A stretch of DNA of 64,000 bases from Negaprion brevirostris (Eukaryota). Of this stretch, positions 40,400 to 54,034 are shown one piece after another (within the stretch, counting starts at the first letter, position 1; every line of letters starts with the position of its first letter). Under the pieces are notes generated by a model that saw nothing but the letters and a program-made list of their open reading frames with translations, was not told where the DNA came from and did no database searches. Both the position numbers and the translations under genes were made by a program. Where the stretch lies: contig JARDVH010000025.1 in NCBI GenBank assembly GCA_030324005.1, positions 72,807,137-72,871,136 on the forward strand. Direction: 5' to 3'.

Positions 40400-43300
40400 C
40401 AGCCCTAGGCAGGGTAAACACTGTTGAGAGAGCCGAGTAGCGAACTAGCTAACTGGTTGAATCTTGTTCCTTTCGCTCCAGTTCAGTTTACTATAATTTC
40501 AGGGTTCTTTAGTGCATCTCAGGGGAATAATTGCAGCTTCGCCTTCAAGTTCGTAGCTGGGAGTTTAATGAAGTCAGGGGAGAAAGAGATGTCCCTTTCG
40601 TTTTCAATTCTCACCTGTAGGAACTCGCTCTTACTTCACTCCAGGGAAAGGTGCTAGCTGTTTGTTTATTATCTGGTTAGTGGTTAAGGTCTGTTCCAGT
40701 CCGAAGGCTTAAAATTGTATACAAATCAATAGTAAAGTTAATAAAATATATTAAAAAGGAAAATAAGCGAATGATAAGTAACTAAAATGCATTAAGGATG
40801 GCAGGACAGATGATGTGTCAAGGCGTAGCACGTGGAAGCTCCTGGATACCGATGTGATCGAGGGCGGTACATGCTTGCGGCTTGTGGAGGGTCACTGAGT
40901 TTAAGGTTGAGCTGCCAATTCTGCAACACACCAGGGAAGGGGAAAGCTACCTGTATGCTTTGTAGCAGGACAAAGTCACACACCACACAAATAAGGTCTT
41001 CTGATTTGGTCCATTGTCAGGGACAGGAGGATGTGACTGCGAAAGTGACAAATTAGGGGACCAGAGGGTGGAATGCAAGAGCCTCAGTCTTTGCAACTGT
41101 CCAACGGGTTTAAGTTTTTCTCAGCTTATTCCTAAGAGAGTGGGAGCTGCAGAGCGTACCAGTAAACTGACCATAGTACTATGATATAGGAAGCCATTCA
41201 AGTGAGGGAAACAAAATGGAATGCAGTGGCAGTAGGAGACAATATAGAGAAGGGGGTTTGACACTGTTCTCTGCAGTAAAGAGTGGGAATTCAGATAGAT
41301 ATGTTGCTTGTCCGGTGCCAGGATTCAGGAAATCTGTTCAGAGTTGGAGAGGAACTTGCAGTGGGAGGGGAGGATCCAGTTGTTGTGGCTCATGTAGGTA
41401 TCAAGGACCTAGTAGAACAAGGAAAAAGGTTCTGCACAGAGAGTAGGAGAAGCTAGGCACTAAATTATAATAGCAGAACCACAAAGGTTATAACCTCTGG
41501 ATTATTACCTGAGCCATGTGCAAAGTGGCATAGAGTACATAAAATTGAGAGAGATGAATATGTAGCTCAGAAATTGGTGTGTGAGGAGTGGGTTTAAGTT
41601 CGTGGGGCACTGACATCAGTCTGGGGAAATTGGGGGCTGTACTGTTGAGATGATCTGCAGCTAAACCATGTTGGGACTCAGCATTCGAGTGAGCTGCATA
41701 ACTAGAGATGTAGAGAGGGTTTTAAACTAAATAGTGGGGCAAAGAAATAAAGTTGGAGGGATCTAGTAAATCAAAGGACAGAGAAGACAAGAGAGAAAGG
41801 ATAAACAGACAACAACAGGACTGGAATACGTTTTAAGAGTACAAATCTAAGTGTCAATCAGCAGGTGAGATTAGAGTTCGCAAAAATATTTAAAGGTTCT
41901 GTATCAGAATGCAATAGCATTCACAGCAAAACAGATGAACTGAGAGTGCAAATAAGAATAATTAAGTACGATCTGATAGCCATTACCGAGCAAGGGCTAC
42001 AGGATGATATGGATGGGAACCTGGATATCCAAGAGTTTCTGGCATTGAGGAAGGAAAGGAAGGTAAGGAAAGGTGAAGGGGTGGCTCTGTTAATTATTGA
42101 TGGTATTAGTATATTAAGGAGGGATGACCTGAGTTCAGGAAACCAGGATATAGAAAAGGTTTGGGCGGAGATTAGAAATGATGAAGGCAAAAAGTTACAT
42201 GGGAATGGTGTACACACCCCGTAACTGTAACCATACAGTAGAACAGGATATAAAGGAAGGAACAATGGGAATTTGTCAGAAAGGTATGGTAATAATCATG
42301 GAGGATTTTAATCTGCATACAGACTAGAAAAATCTGATGTCCAAAGGAATTCATAGGATGTTTCAGGATAATGTTTTAGAGCAGCACATTCCGGAGCCAA
42401 CCAGAGGGCAGGCTATACTGGGTCTGCTATTATGCAGCAAGATAGGATTAATTAAGGACCTTATAGTCAAGGTGCCCCTAAGTAGCAGTATGATTGAATT
42501 TTAAATTCAGACTGCAGCAGAGAAGAATTGGTCCAAGACTTGTATTTTTAACTTAAATAAGGGCAATTATTAGGGCATAAAAGCTCAGTTAACTAAAGTG
42601 AACTGGCAATTTAGGTTAGGGTTAGGTCAATGTGATTTAGTGGCAGATATTTAAAAGGATATTTCAGAATACAGAGAACAGATGGAACCCAATGAGAAAG
42701 AAAATTTGCAAGGGGAGGCCCTACCATCCACGGTGAACTGAAAAATTTAAAGATAGTATCAAACTTAAAGAATGGACAGAAATGGGTGCAGGTCAGAAGA
42801 TTGGACAGAATATAAAAAACTGCAAAGAACAGCTAAAAGATTGACAAGGAGGAAAAATTAAAATACAAGAGAAAGCCTACTAGGAATATAAAGACAATGG
42901 GCGGAATCTTATGGCCATTCACACTGGTAGGATTTTCCCATTTGGCTGGCAAGAGCTTGACATGAACGGCTGGTAAGATCATACCAATGGTAAGAGTTTC
43001 TATAAATGTTTCAAAAAGAAAAGAGTTAACAAAGCGAACATTGGTCTTACAGAAAGAGAGTCTAGAACACTGACAGTGGAAAACAGGAGATGGCAGCTCA
43101 ACTGAACCGGTATATTGCATCAGTCTTTACCATAGAGTATAGAAATAACATTCCAGTAAATAAGAGGGAGGGAGGAAATCAAGATAATTAGAATCACCAG
43201 GAAAGTGGCACTGAGAAAGCTGTTGGAGCTGCGGGCTGCCTAATCTCCAGGTCCTGGTGGACTTCACCTGAGGGTCTTAAAAGTAGTGGCTAGTGAGACA

Positions 43301-44715
43301 GTCAATGCATTGGTTTTAATTTTCCAAAGTTCCCTCGCTTTGGGAAAGGTTCGACAAGATTAGAAAACAGCCAATGCAATTCCTTTATTCAAAAAGGGAG
43401 GGAGACAAGGGCAGGAAACCACAGGCCAGTTAGCCTAACATCTATGACAGGGAAAATGTTAGAAGTTATTATTAAAGATATTATACTAGAGCGCTTAGAA
43501 AAAAATAGACAATGTCGATGTGGTTTTGTGAAAAGGAAATCATGTTTAACCAAATTACTGAAGTTCTTTGAAGAAGTAACACATGCTGTGGACAAAGTGG
43601 ATGCATTGTATTTACATTTGCAGAAGGTATCTGATAAGGTGCCACATCAAAGGTTATTGCTAAAATTATAAGTTCATTATGTAGGGAGCAACAAATTGGC
43701 ATAAAAAGAAGATTGAGTAATAAACAGGAAACATATGGTAGACACAAGTAAGCTTTTTTCTGATTGGGAAGATGGAATGAATGACGTGCCAAAAGGATCA
43801 GTGCTGCAACTTCAATTTTTTACAATTTATATAAATCACTTGGATGAAAGGANNNNNNNNNNNNNNNNNNNNNNNNNNNNNNNNNNNNNNNNNNNNNNNN
43901 NNNNNNNNNNNNNNNNNNNNNNNNNNNNNNNNNNNNNNNNNNNNNNNNNNNNNNNNNNNNNNNNNNNNNNNNNNNNNNNNNNNNNNNAGTGGGAAATTGT
44001 CCATTTTGGTTGGAAAATTGAAAAAGAAGCATATTGTCTAAATAGCGAGAGCTCCGAGATACCGAGGGATCTGGGTGGCCAAGTGCCTGCATCTCAAAAG
44101 GCTAATATGCAGATGCAGAAAGTAATTGAGAAAGCTAATAGAATGTTATAATTTATTGCAATGGGAATTGAGTACAAAAGAAGAAAGGTTATGTTTCAGT
44201 TAAACAGGACATTGGTGAGATCACATCTGGAGTACTATGTATTGTATTGGTCTCTTACTTAAAGAATGAAATAATCGGATTGGACGTAGCTCAAAGAAAA
44301 CTTACTAAACTAATACTTGATTGGACAGTTTGCTTTAAGAGGCTAGACCTGTGACTGGTGGAGCTTAGAAGAGCGATAGGTGACTTGATTGAAACATTTC
44401 AGATCCTGAGGGATCTTGATATTATCGATACACAGTGGATATTTCCTCTTGTGGGAGGCCACTGTTTAAAAATAAAGGGTCACCTATTTAAGACAGTGAT
44501 GAGGATTTTTTCTTCTCTTGAAGATCGAGAGCCTTTGGAACTCTCTTCCACAAAAGGCAAGGGAAGCAGATTCTTGATGAACGAGGGATGAAATGTGATT
44601 GGGGGTAGACAAGAATGTAGAGTTAGGGTTACAATCAATATCAACTATGATTTCATTGAATGGCAGAGCAGGTTTGAGGGGCTGAGTGGCTACTCTTCTT
44701 AATTTATATGTTTTT
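40400..44715 (+). mobile_element. Near full-length, inactivated CR1-clade LINE (ORF1 Cys-rich/esterase-like; ORF2 APE endonuclease plus RT; 3' tail)
   Basis: ORF1 from ATG at ~40798 (MAGQMMC...; later VACPVPG and VVVAHVG-like motifs). ORF2 SIHSKTDELRVQI..YDLIAITE..GEGVALLI; GNHRPVSLTSMTGKMLE; GFVKRKSCLTKLLKFFEEVT; KVSDKVPHQRLL; VPKGSVL. 3' end tgaatggcagagcaggtttgaggggctgagtggctactc. Many stops; the 5' boundary is approximate. Confidence 0.9.
42899..42985. mobile_element. 87-bp MITE inserted in CR1 ORF2, PIF/Harbinger-like
   Basis: Termini gggcggaatctta...taagatcatacc with an AAT duplication (42896-42898 and 42986-42988). Removing it restores the reading NIKTMVRVS, at the position of the CR1 NIKTxxKSF-type segment. 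Confidence 0.65.
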
Positions 44716-45097
44716 CTGAGCGAATAATACTTTTTCCATCTTCCATGCAACGAATTATGTTTGTATGCTCATACATTTGAGCAAATGTATTTGATCCAAA
44801 ATAAACACTTAGAAAAGATGATGATCAACTTTAACAAAACTGACAGCTCAAAAAACACCACACAATTGAAAATCAGCACAAACTATAGCCATCAAATGAA
44901 AGTGACTGAATAACTTAAACTTACTGATCTTTCGCTAAATCTCAGGATACTTTTGTGTTTGGGATCACATTCCATAATTCAATTTATTTTTCCATGACCA
45001 AAATCTCAATAGTCTCATGTTGAACTTGACTGTGAATGGGATCGTGAGGATACCAAAACATTATTGAGGGAAAGCAGACACTAAAGTGCACTTCTGT

Positions 45098-45375
45098 GCA
45101 CGGCAGCAAGTGGTTAGCACTGCTGTCTCACAGTGCCAGGGACCTGGGTTCGATTCCCGGCTTGGGTCATTGTCTGTGAGGAGTCTGCACATTCTCCGTG
45201 TCTGTGTGTGTTTCCTCTCAGTCCGAAAGACGTGCTGGTTAGGTGCATTGACCATGCTAAATTCTGTCTCAGTGTACTCATCAGAGTGTGGCAACTAGGG
45301 GATTTTCACAGTAACTTCATTGCAGTATTAATGTAAACCTACTTGTGACACTAATAAATTAACTTAGAAACTTAA
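45098..45375 (+). mobile_element. HE1/V-type SINE, aataaataaacttt-tail variant
   Basis: gcacggcagcaagtggttagcactgctgtctcacagtgccagggacctgggttcgattcccggcttgggtc...gtgacactaataaattaactt. Confidence 0.85.
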
Positions 45376-45477
45376 AAAGGCAAGTTTTCTGGATACGCTT
45401 AGCCAGGGTAGAAAATGTTGAAATCACTACAAGCATACAATGGACAAGGAAGGTAGTGGCACTGTTACTGGACTATT

Positions 45478-45718
45478 CACAGTAAAAAGTCTCACAACAC
45501 CAGGTTAAAGACCAATAGTTTATTTGTAGTAAACGCCAGTAGCTTTCGGAACTGGCTGTTCCTTCATCAGGTGGGCGGGAGTTCAGAACGGACGAAGGAC
45601 GGGCCAGTTCCGAAAGCTAGTGGCGTTTGCTATAAATAAACCTTTTGGAGTTTAACCTGGTGTTGTGAGACTTCTTACTGTGTTTACCCCAGTCCAACGC
45701 TGGCATCTCCACATCATG
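45478..45718. mobile_element. Palindromic Penelope-like element with a hammerhead motif in each arm
   Basis: Arms 45478-45569 and ~45590-45682 are near-perfect reverse complements. A ~36-bp tail (45683-45718) is on one side only. Flanks actggactattca (45467-45479) and actggactaatca (45719-45731). Confidence 0.8.
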
Positions 45719-45892
45719 ACTGGACTAATCATCAAGAGGCCAAGGTTAATGGTCTGGGACACAGGTTCAAATCTCACCACAGCCATCTGGAATTAAAAGC
45801 TGGCCATTGTTAAAACCCACCTGGTTCACTATGTCTTTCAGGGAAATAAATCTACCATCCTTATCTGGTCTGGCTTACATGCAACTCCAGAT

Positions 45893-46430
45893 TCATTGGG
45901 AGAGTATTGTGTGCAGTTCTGGAATCCACATTATAGGAGGGATGTGTTGGCGCTGGGAAGGGTGCAGAGGAGATTTACCAGAATGTGGATTGGGCTGGGG
46001 AGTTTTAGTTATGGAGAGAGTTTAGATAGATGGAGTTGTTTTCCTCTTAGCAGAGGATATTACAGGGACAGATGATTGAGATGTAAAAAATTATGCAGAT
46101 AGACAGGAAGAAACTTTTCCCCTTGGTGGAGGAATCAATGCCCAGGGGACACAGATTTAAGACAAACAGCAAGATGTTTAGACAGGATGGGAGGAAAATC
46201 TTTTTCACCCAGTCAGGATTCTGGAACTCACTGCCTGAAAAGGGTGGGGGAAGCAGAGACCCTCTTAAAAGTTAAGAAGTATTTAGATGTGCATTTGTGA
46301 TGCCAAGGCATTTAAGGATATAGACCAAGTGTTGGAAAATGCGATTAGAAAAGTTAGGTGGTTGTTTTTGACCAGTGCAGATGCGATGCAGCACTAGGCC
46401 TTTTCTATACTGTAGACCTCTATGACTCTA
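45893..46430 (+). mobile_element. CR1 3' fragment
   Basis: EYCVQFWNPHYRRDVLALGRVQRRFTRM, then RGHRFK...FFTQ, then tail ggccttttctatactgtagacctctatgactcta. Confidence 0.85.
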
Positions 46431-47419
46431 GGATCCACAGCAATGTGGATGACTCTTAACCATCTGAAATGACCTTGTAAGACACTCAGTTCAAGGACAA
46501 CTCGGAATGTACAATAAATGCTGGCCTTGCCAGCAACATTCACATCTCGTGAAAGAGGAAAAACAATACAAGTTCTCCAGTCTACACAAAGAAAGTTGGC
46601 AAAATATACCTATATCTAACTTTTAATTATTTGACAACACAATTGAAAGATGTAATGAAATCCACTACCGCCATCACCAAAAAGCTACTGGGACAATATT
46701 TAATTGCAATGTTGAGTGACTGTTTAATAAGTGTATTGTTATTCATACCCCTTGTCCAACTGTTTTACTCTCTGTGTTATATTAGAAAATAAAAATGTAT
46801 GTCATCTTCCAAACAAATATGGAACGCAGAAGCTCTTCGAAGAAAAACTATTTGTAAACTGCAAGAAGAAACAAACAGGAATTTGAACAGTTTCTTGCCA
46901 AGTACATTGCATACAGCACACACGTTAAATCAAAGCTGACTGCTCTAGACAGACTGAAAAGATGCCCACTGCTCTGTCTATGCACTTAGAGCAAAGCACA
47001 CGCACACAAACTCAGCCCTTTTCTAAAAACACTTAGATTTTTCAAAGACACTAACAAAGAGTTCTACACAGGGACTGGAATCTTAATGAGAAAATGCTGT
47101 GGAGCTTTGCTAATGTGGCTTTTCATTCTGGCCTCCAGCAATGAAAAGATTCCTGTATTGTGATGAAGAAGTGGGATATTTTCTCAAAGTAGTAACCTGA
47201 AATAAATCATTCTCAAAACTGATTTACAGTGAATTATTCAAGAGCAGAGACAGCATTCCAAATGTTTGCTCATTATCCTTAAAGTTTTCAGTAACTATAA
47301 AATAGATTCCTGTTTATGGCTGGCTGACTATAACTGAGAATAATTGTCAACAATCAAATCTAATCAGTGTAACTTTGAACTTGACAATTTTTTTGCCATT
47401 CACAAGTATTTTTGAAAAT

Positions 47420-48445
47420 TCTTTCATGGAATGTTGGCATCACTGACTCTGTTACTCTTCCCTAATTGTCCTCCAGAAGATGATTGAGAGTCACCTTCTT
47501 GAACTGCTGCAGTCCAAGTGGTGGTAGGTACACCCATAGTGCTGTTATGGAGGATTTTGATCCAGCAACAGTAAAGGAACAGTGATATAGTTTCATGTAA
47601 GGATGGTATGTGGCTTGGAGGAGGAAATTCAGGTGGTGTTCCCTTACGTTTGCTGCCCGTGTCCTTCTAGATGATGGTGTCTTGCAGGTTTGGAAGGTGC
47701 TGTCAAAGACTTGCCATGCATTGCATCNNNNNNNNNNNNNNNNNNNNNNNNNNNNNNNNNNNNNNNNNNNNNNNNNNNNNNNNNNNNNNNNNNNNNNNNN
47801 NNNNNNNNNNNNNNNNNNNNNNNNNNNNNNNNNNNNNNNNNNNNNNNNNNNNNNNNNNNNNNNNNNNNNNNNNNNNNNNNNNNNNNNNNNNNNNNNNNNN
47901 NNNNNNNNNNNNNNNNNNNNNNNNNNNNNNNNNNNNNNNNNNNNNNNNNNNNNNNNNNNNNNNNNNNNNNNNNNNNNNNNNNNNNNNNNNNNNNNNNNNN
48001 NNNNNNNNNTCAGTGATAATCCCCAGGATGTTGATGGTGGGAAATACACAATAATAATAGCATTGAATGTCAAGGCAAGATGGTTAGATTCTATCTTGAT
48101 GGAGATGGTCATTGTCTGTTATTTGTGTGACAGTATGGCAACTTGCCACTTATCAGCCCAAATCTCAATATTGTCCAAGTTGTGCTGTTATGAACACAGA
48201 CTGGTTAGTACTGGAGGAATTGCAAATGGTATGGAATATTGTGCAGACAACAGCAAACATTCCCAGTTTTGAGCTTATGATAGGTCTGCAGGTCAAGCAA
48301 CAAAAGATGGTTGGACCAGGGACACTATCCTGAGGAACTCCTGCAGCGACGTCCTAGGGCTAAAATGATTGGCTTCCAAAAACCACAATCCTCTGCCTTT
48401 GACCCAGGAATGAATCCAACCACTAGAGACTTTTCCCCTGATTGT
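47420..48445 (-). mobile_element. Decayed L2-like LINE 3' region
   Basis: ctttcatgggaatgttggcatcactg...cctaattgtcctccagaagatg is the 3' tail in reverse; reverse-strand RT motifs (GVPQDSVPGP, MFAVVCT). Confidence 0.7.
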
Positions 48446-48957
48446 TCAAAACAATCTTGTTTTATAGCTGTAGAACCAAAATTAATGTAGCCCCCTCTGG
48501 ATAGACATAAATAGGTGTCACTTTCAGACTCTACAAACTGATCAAATCGATCATACAGTAGCAACTTGGTAAACAATAATCAGCATGGATTCAAAAAGGG
48601 GAGACTACACCTGACCAATCTCCTTCACTTGTTCGAGCTAATAACTGTGCATTTTAGGATTAAAAAGGCACTTAAACTTGTATTTAATCCAGCAAAAAGT
48701 CTGAATGACTTTTTCAAGGGTGCCAGAGAGACAACCAAAACAATGCAATGAACCTTTTCATTCCTTTAAATTAAAGCAAGAAAAATGGCAAAAATTGTGC
48801 ACTTTATCATTTTTGAGTTTAAAAAATAATGACCACATTTTCTTCCAGATTTAGAAATGAAAAGGATTTTTTAAATTAAAAAAAATTGCATTCAGAGCCT
48901 TTTTTGGGGAATGCCAGAAAAAACTCCACTTCATAATAAAATTGAAACAGTTGATTT

Positions 48958-50085
48958 TTTAAAATGTGTTCATGAGATATGAGCATCACTAGTTGTGTTA
49001 GCATTTATTGCCCATCCTTAATAACCCTTCTAAGGTGGTGGTGAGTTGGAATCCACATGGTGTACGAACCAATAGTGTTGTCAGTTGCGGAGAGGGGGAG
49101 GGCAGGTTCCAGAAATTTGATGCAGCGACAGTGAAGAAACAGTGATAGAATTCCAGGTCAGGATGGGAGAAGAACTTGTAGGTGGTGGTATTCCCAAGCA
49201 TTTTTTACCCTTGTTCTTCTAGATAGTAGAGGTTGCAGGTTTGAAAGGTGCTGGCAAAGGAGCCTTGGTGAATTGCTGTAGTGCATCTTTTATATGGTAC
49301 ACACTGCTGCTGCGTCTCGGTGATGGAAGGAGTGAATGTTTTAGGTGATGGAAGGAGTGTCAATCAAGCCAGCTCGTCTGTCCTAGATGATGTTGAGCTT
49401 CTTGAGTGTTACTGGCACTGCCCTCACCCAGGCTAGTGGTGTTTATTCCAGCACACCCCTTGTACTAAGCTTTGGGAGTCAGGAGGTGAGTTCACTCCCA
49501 ATCTGTCTTGCTCTTGTAGCTACAGTATTCATACATCTGGTCCAGTTCAATGGTAGTTTCTAGGATGTTAACAGTGAGAGATTCAGTGATGGTACTGCCA
49601 CTGAATGTTGAGGGGTAAGTTAGATTCTGTCTTGTTGGAGATGCATTCCCCGGCACTTGCTTGGGCCAAATGTTTCTTGCCATTTATTAGCCCAAGCCAG
49701 AAAATTGTTCAGATCTTGCTGCATATTGACACAAACTGCTTCAATCTCTGAGGGGTCACGAATAGTCCTGAACATTCTGCAATCATCAGCGAACATCCCA
49801 ATTCTTATGAAGGTCATTGATCTAGCAGCTGATGTGGTTGGGCCTAGGACACTACCCTAATGAGCCTCTGCAGTGACGCTCTGGGACCTCCAGCAACCAC
49901 AACCATCTTCTCTGTGCCAGGTATGACTCCAAGCGGAGAGTTTTCCTCTGATGCTCATTGACTTCAGTTCAGCCAGGTCTCCGTGATACCATGTTCAGTC
50001 AAATGCTTATGTCAAGGGCATTCACTCTCAACTCACCTTGAGTTTAACTCCTTTGCCCATGTATGGACCAAGGCTGTAATAATAC
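48958..50085 (-). mobile_element. Decayed L2-like LINE RT and 3' end
   Basis: ORF 49620..49817 GMFADDCRMFRTIRDPSEIEAVCVNMQQDLNNFLAWANKWQETFGPSKC (FADD catalytic motif); 3' tail gcatttattgcccatcc on the plus strand. Confidence 0.8.
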
Positions 50086-51344
50086 TGGAGTTTTCTGGGG
50101 TTTATTGACATATGTGACAATCCTATATTACCTGGGCCTAATTTTTGTGCCGATGGAATCCAGCAATAAAATTGGATGAATAAAGAGTTATAAGAAGCAG
50201 AGAGAAGGCTGCCATAATTGGGAATGATATACTGTGTGATGCTCCATGGACCAATACTGGGATCTCTTTCTGTTCCTGGTGTACATAAATAACCTGCAAT
50301 CCGAATCTCATAGTCGAGTAATTACATGTGACAGTAAACTAGGAATACTGTGGATTCAAAGGAAGCCCTCACAACCTCATTGTAATTTTATGGCTCAGGA
50401 TCTTGCACCTGGGTTAATCAGTAGCAAATGAAGTTCAACATGGACAGATAACATGGGCCAACAAATGCTGAAAGAAAAAGTAGGAAGCTGGAGTAGGAAA
50501 ACAATGAATCTCACCAAGAAGGAAATTGAAAAAAAAATGAAGTCTGTTGTCTAAATGTTGCAAAGCAACAAAGACACAAAATCAATTTTCTAATAACTGT
50601 CACCCATGCTGAAGCCAATAAATGTTTTTCCTGGTCAGGGTTTGCCCGATAGGGTACCATGTATATTAAAATATAGAATCATAGATGTTTACACAAAAGA
50701 AGGGACTGTGTGGCCCATCTTGTCTGTTCTTGTCAGCACAACTCAAAACTGATCCCAGTGCCTCGCTCTCTTCCCAAAGCTTGCAATGATTATTCAATTT
50801 TCCTTTAGAGGGCCTCAGCTTCAACGAGTTCCATGCACTGTCACAGATTGACTAATTTGTCTCTTCAGTGCGCACTCTCTGTGACCATTTTAAATTCATG
50901 ATCAATTTTCAGTTATGGTTACCAAGATAAGGGCAGGTCTCAGATCTAATGAAGGCAGAACAATAAAACTGATCTCCAGTGAAGGACGAAGAGCAATGAA
51001 TAGCAGCCATTTGAACTGCACAGTCTCTGACTCAACCTCAGATCTGGAGACTTTTTCAGAGGGTCCTGGGAAACAGGAGAATTGTCCATCAGATGTTCAG
51101 CATTCCCAGTCAATTCTGGGTCAAACACCCACAATGATCCTTTGTTGGGATTTCTGTCCATCTGGAGGCGGGAAGAGCTTACAAGAAATTTGAATCTACT
51201 AATTTAGCTGCAAATTCAGGCAACAAGGCTATTGGTCAAAATATTTCAGAAGAAACATGTCCCAAAAGACAAAGATAATCTCAGACAGTTTTTAAATTTC
51301 TCACAGCATCAGCTGATGGCCTATTTAACAGGATTCAAAGTTAA

Positions 51345-51610
51345 ACCACCTCAAGAATGTCCTACCAAGTTACCACCAATATGTTCCACCAGAGGCCCAA
51401 ACTTTCTAGATCACAGCTACACAAACATCAAACATGCCTACCACCTACCCACACTTTGGTAAATCAGACCACAAGGCTGTGCTCCTGCTCCTGGCTTACA
51501 AGCAAAAACTGAAGCAGGAAAATCCGATAAAGAAAATCATGCAATCTGAGGAATTGGATGATCTCCTACAGCACTGCTTCGAGTCAGTGCACTGATCAAT
51601 ATTTAAGAAC
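51345..51610 (+). mobile_element. Rex1/Babar-like LINE endonuclease fragment
   Basis: STRGPNFLDHSYTNIKHAY, then after a frameshift PHFGKSDHKAVLLLLAYKQKLK (APE SDH motif). Confidence 0.7.
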
Positions 51611-52970
51611 ATAGAACATTACAGCGCAGCACAGGCCCTTCGGCCCTCGATGTTGCGTTGACCAGTGGAACCAATCTAATGACCCTCTAACCTAAACGNN
51701 NNNNNNNNNNNNNNNNNNNNNNNNNNNNNNNNNNNNNNNNNNNNNNNNNNNNNNNNNNNNNNNNNNNNNNNNNNNNNNNNNNNNNNNNNNNNNNNNNNNN
51801 NNNNNNNNNNNNNNNNNNNNNNNNNNNNNNNNNNNNNNNNNNNNNNNNNNNNNNNNNNNNNNNNNNNNNNNNNNNNNNNNNNNNNNNNNNNNNNNNNNNN
51901 NNNNNNNNNNNNNNNNNNNNNNNNNNNNNNNNNNNNNNNNNNNNNNNNNNNNNNNNNNNNNNNNNNNNNNNNNNNNNNNNNNNNNNNNNNNNNNNNNNNN
52001 NNNNNNNNNNNNNNNNNNNNNNNNNNNNNNNNNNNNNNNNNNNNNNNNNNNNNNNNNNNNNNNNNNNNNNNNNNNNNNNNNNNNNNNNNNNNNNNNNNNN
52101 NNNNNNNNNNNNNNNNNNNNNNNNNNNNNNNNNNNNNNNNNNNNNNNNNNNNNNNNNNNNNNNNNNNNNNNNNNNNNNNNNNNNNNNNNNNNNNNNNNNN
52201 NNNNNNNNNNNNNNNNNNNNNNNNNNNNNNNNNNNNNNNNNNNNNNNNNNNNNNNNNNNNNNNNNNNNNNNNNNNNNNNNNNNNNNNNNNNNNNNNNNNN
52301 NNNNNNNNNNNNNNNNNNNNNNNNNNNNNNNNNNNNNNNNNNNNNNNNNNNNNNNNNNNNNNNNNNNNNNNNNNNNNNNNNNNNNNNNNNNNNNNNNNNN
52401 NNNNNNNNNNNNNNNNNNNNNNNNNNNNNNNNNNNNNNNNNNNNNNNNNNNNNNNNNNNNNNNNNNNNNNNNNNNNNNNNNNNNNNNNNNNNNNNNNNNN
52501 NNNNNNNNNNNNNNNNNNNNNNNNNNNNNNNNNNNNNNNNNNNNNNNNNNNNNNNNNNNNNNNNNNNNNNNNNNNNNNNNNNNNNNNNNNNNNNNNNNNN
52601 NNNNNNNNAACTTCATTGTAGTGTTAATGTAAGCCTATTTGTGACTAATAAATAAAGTTTAACTTTATCAAGCATTTTATACAAGCAATTTCATTTCAGG
52701 TTAGCTCTGCATTTCTGGAGAAGTCTGGATCAGAATCCTGACCAGAAATGTGGAGCTCCAATGCGGCACAGAAAACTAGGAGGAGAGTGGCAATCTGATG
52801 GTGACTGTCACTCCTCAGGCGATTGGGCCGATGTATTCTTGGGTCTTGCATTCAGGACAGAAGTTTAGGCATGAAGTTGCTGCATTTAGTTCAAGCTGTT
52901 ATCATTAGTGAGAGGAAAATGCTTGCCAGTGGAAAGATGTTTCAGTTCTCAGCACTGTTCCCCATATTCA

Positions 52971-53207
<237 letters not shown>

Positions 53208-54034
53208 TTAAATTAAAATCACATTGCTGATATCTCTCAGTTTCAATACTATAATGCAGTTTTGGCTGGATATTAGCTGATCCAAAATAAAACAAATTAC
53301 AAGCAGAACATTATGGAGAGATATAGGCAGCAGGACAAATGGAATTCATAATGTGTCATCCTCTTTGAATTTAAAAAGGATAGAACAGGGTACTTTCCAA
53401 ATAGCTAGAAACAGTGAAGGGAACCAAAGGTTATGGTGACAAGGTGGGAAAGTGGTTTTGAGGATTATCCTCAATCAATCATAATCTCATTGAATGGCAC
53501 AACAGACTTGATGTGCTGAATCACCGACCTCTGCCTTGTTTTATGGCCTACCTGGGCCAGGACTTTCAGCCACTCTCACTCAAAAGTATATTCCAGTNNN
53601 NNNNNNNNNNNNNNNNNNNNNNNNNNNNNNNNNNNNNNNNNNNNNNNNNNNNNNNNNNNNNNNNNNNNNNNNNNNNNNNNNNNNNNNNNNNNNNNNNTTC
53701 CAGTCTTGCCAAATTGAATTGAGGTATAAATGGCTCAGCACATGCGCTGGAACTGTGGGGGAATTAGGGGGGGCGGGGGGAGCAGTGGTGGGGTGCGTGG
53801 ATGGATGGATGGATGCCATAGTAAGGCCATAAAATCCTGGTCTTGGGGTTCCAGGATACATAGTTCATTAATCTGTTATGAACAGGCACAGAAAGTTATC
53901 ACAATGACTTAATAAGTAGAGGACTTGAATACAAAGGAGTAGAAGTTATGCGTCAGCTATGTGAAGCCCTGGTTTAGGTCACGCCCAGAGTACTGTGTGC
54001 AATTGTGTGCACCACACCTTGTAAAGAAAAGGAA

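Larger units (their letters stand above)
45450..46562 (+). mobile_element. L2-tailed tRNA SINE split by a Penelope-like palindrome (45478-45718) and a CR1 3' fragment (~45893-46430)
   Basis: The SINE head resumes at 45719 (actggactaatc...ggttcaaatctcaccac), the body continues to ~45890, and the tail resumes at ~46431 (ccacagcaatgtggatgactcttaac...caataaatgctggccttgccagcaac). Confidence 0.7.
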
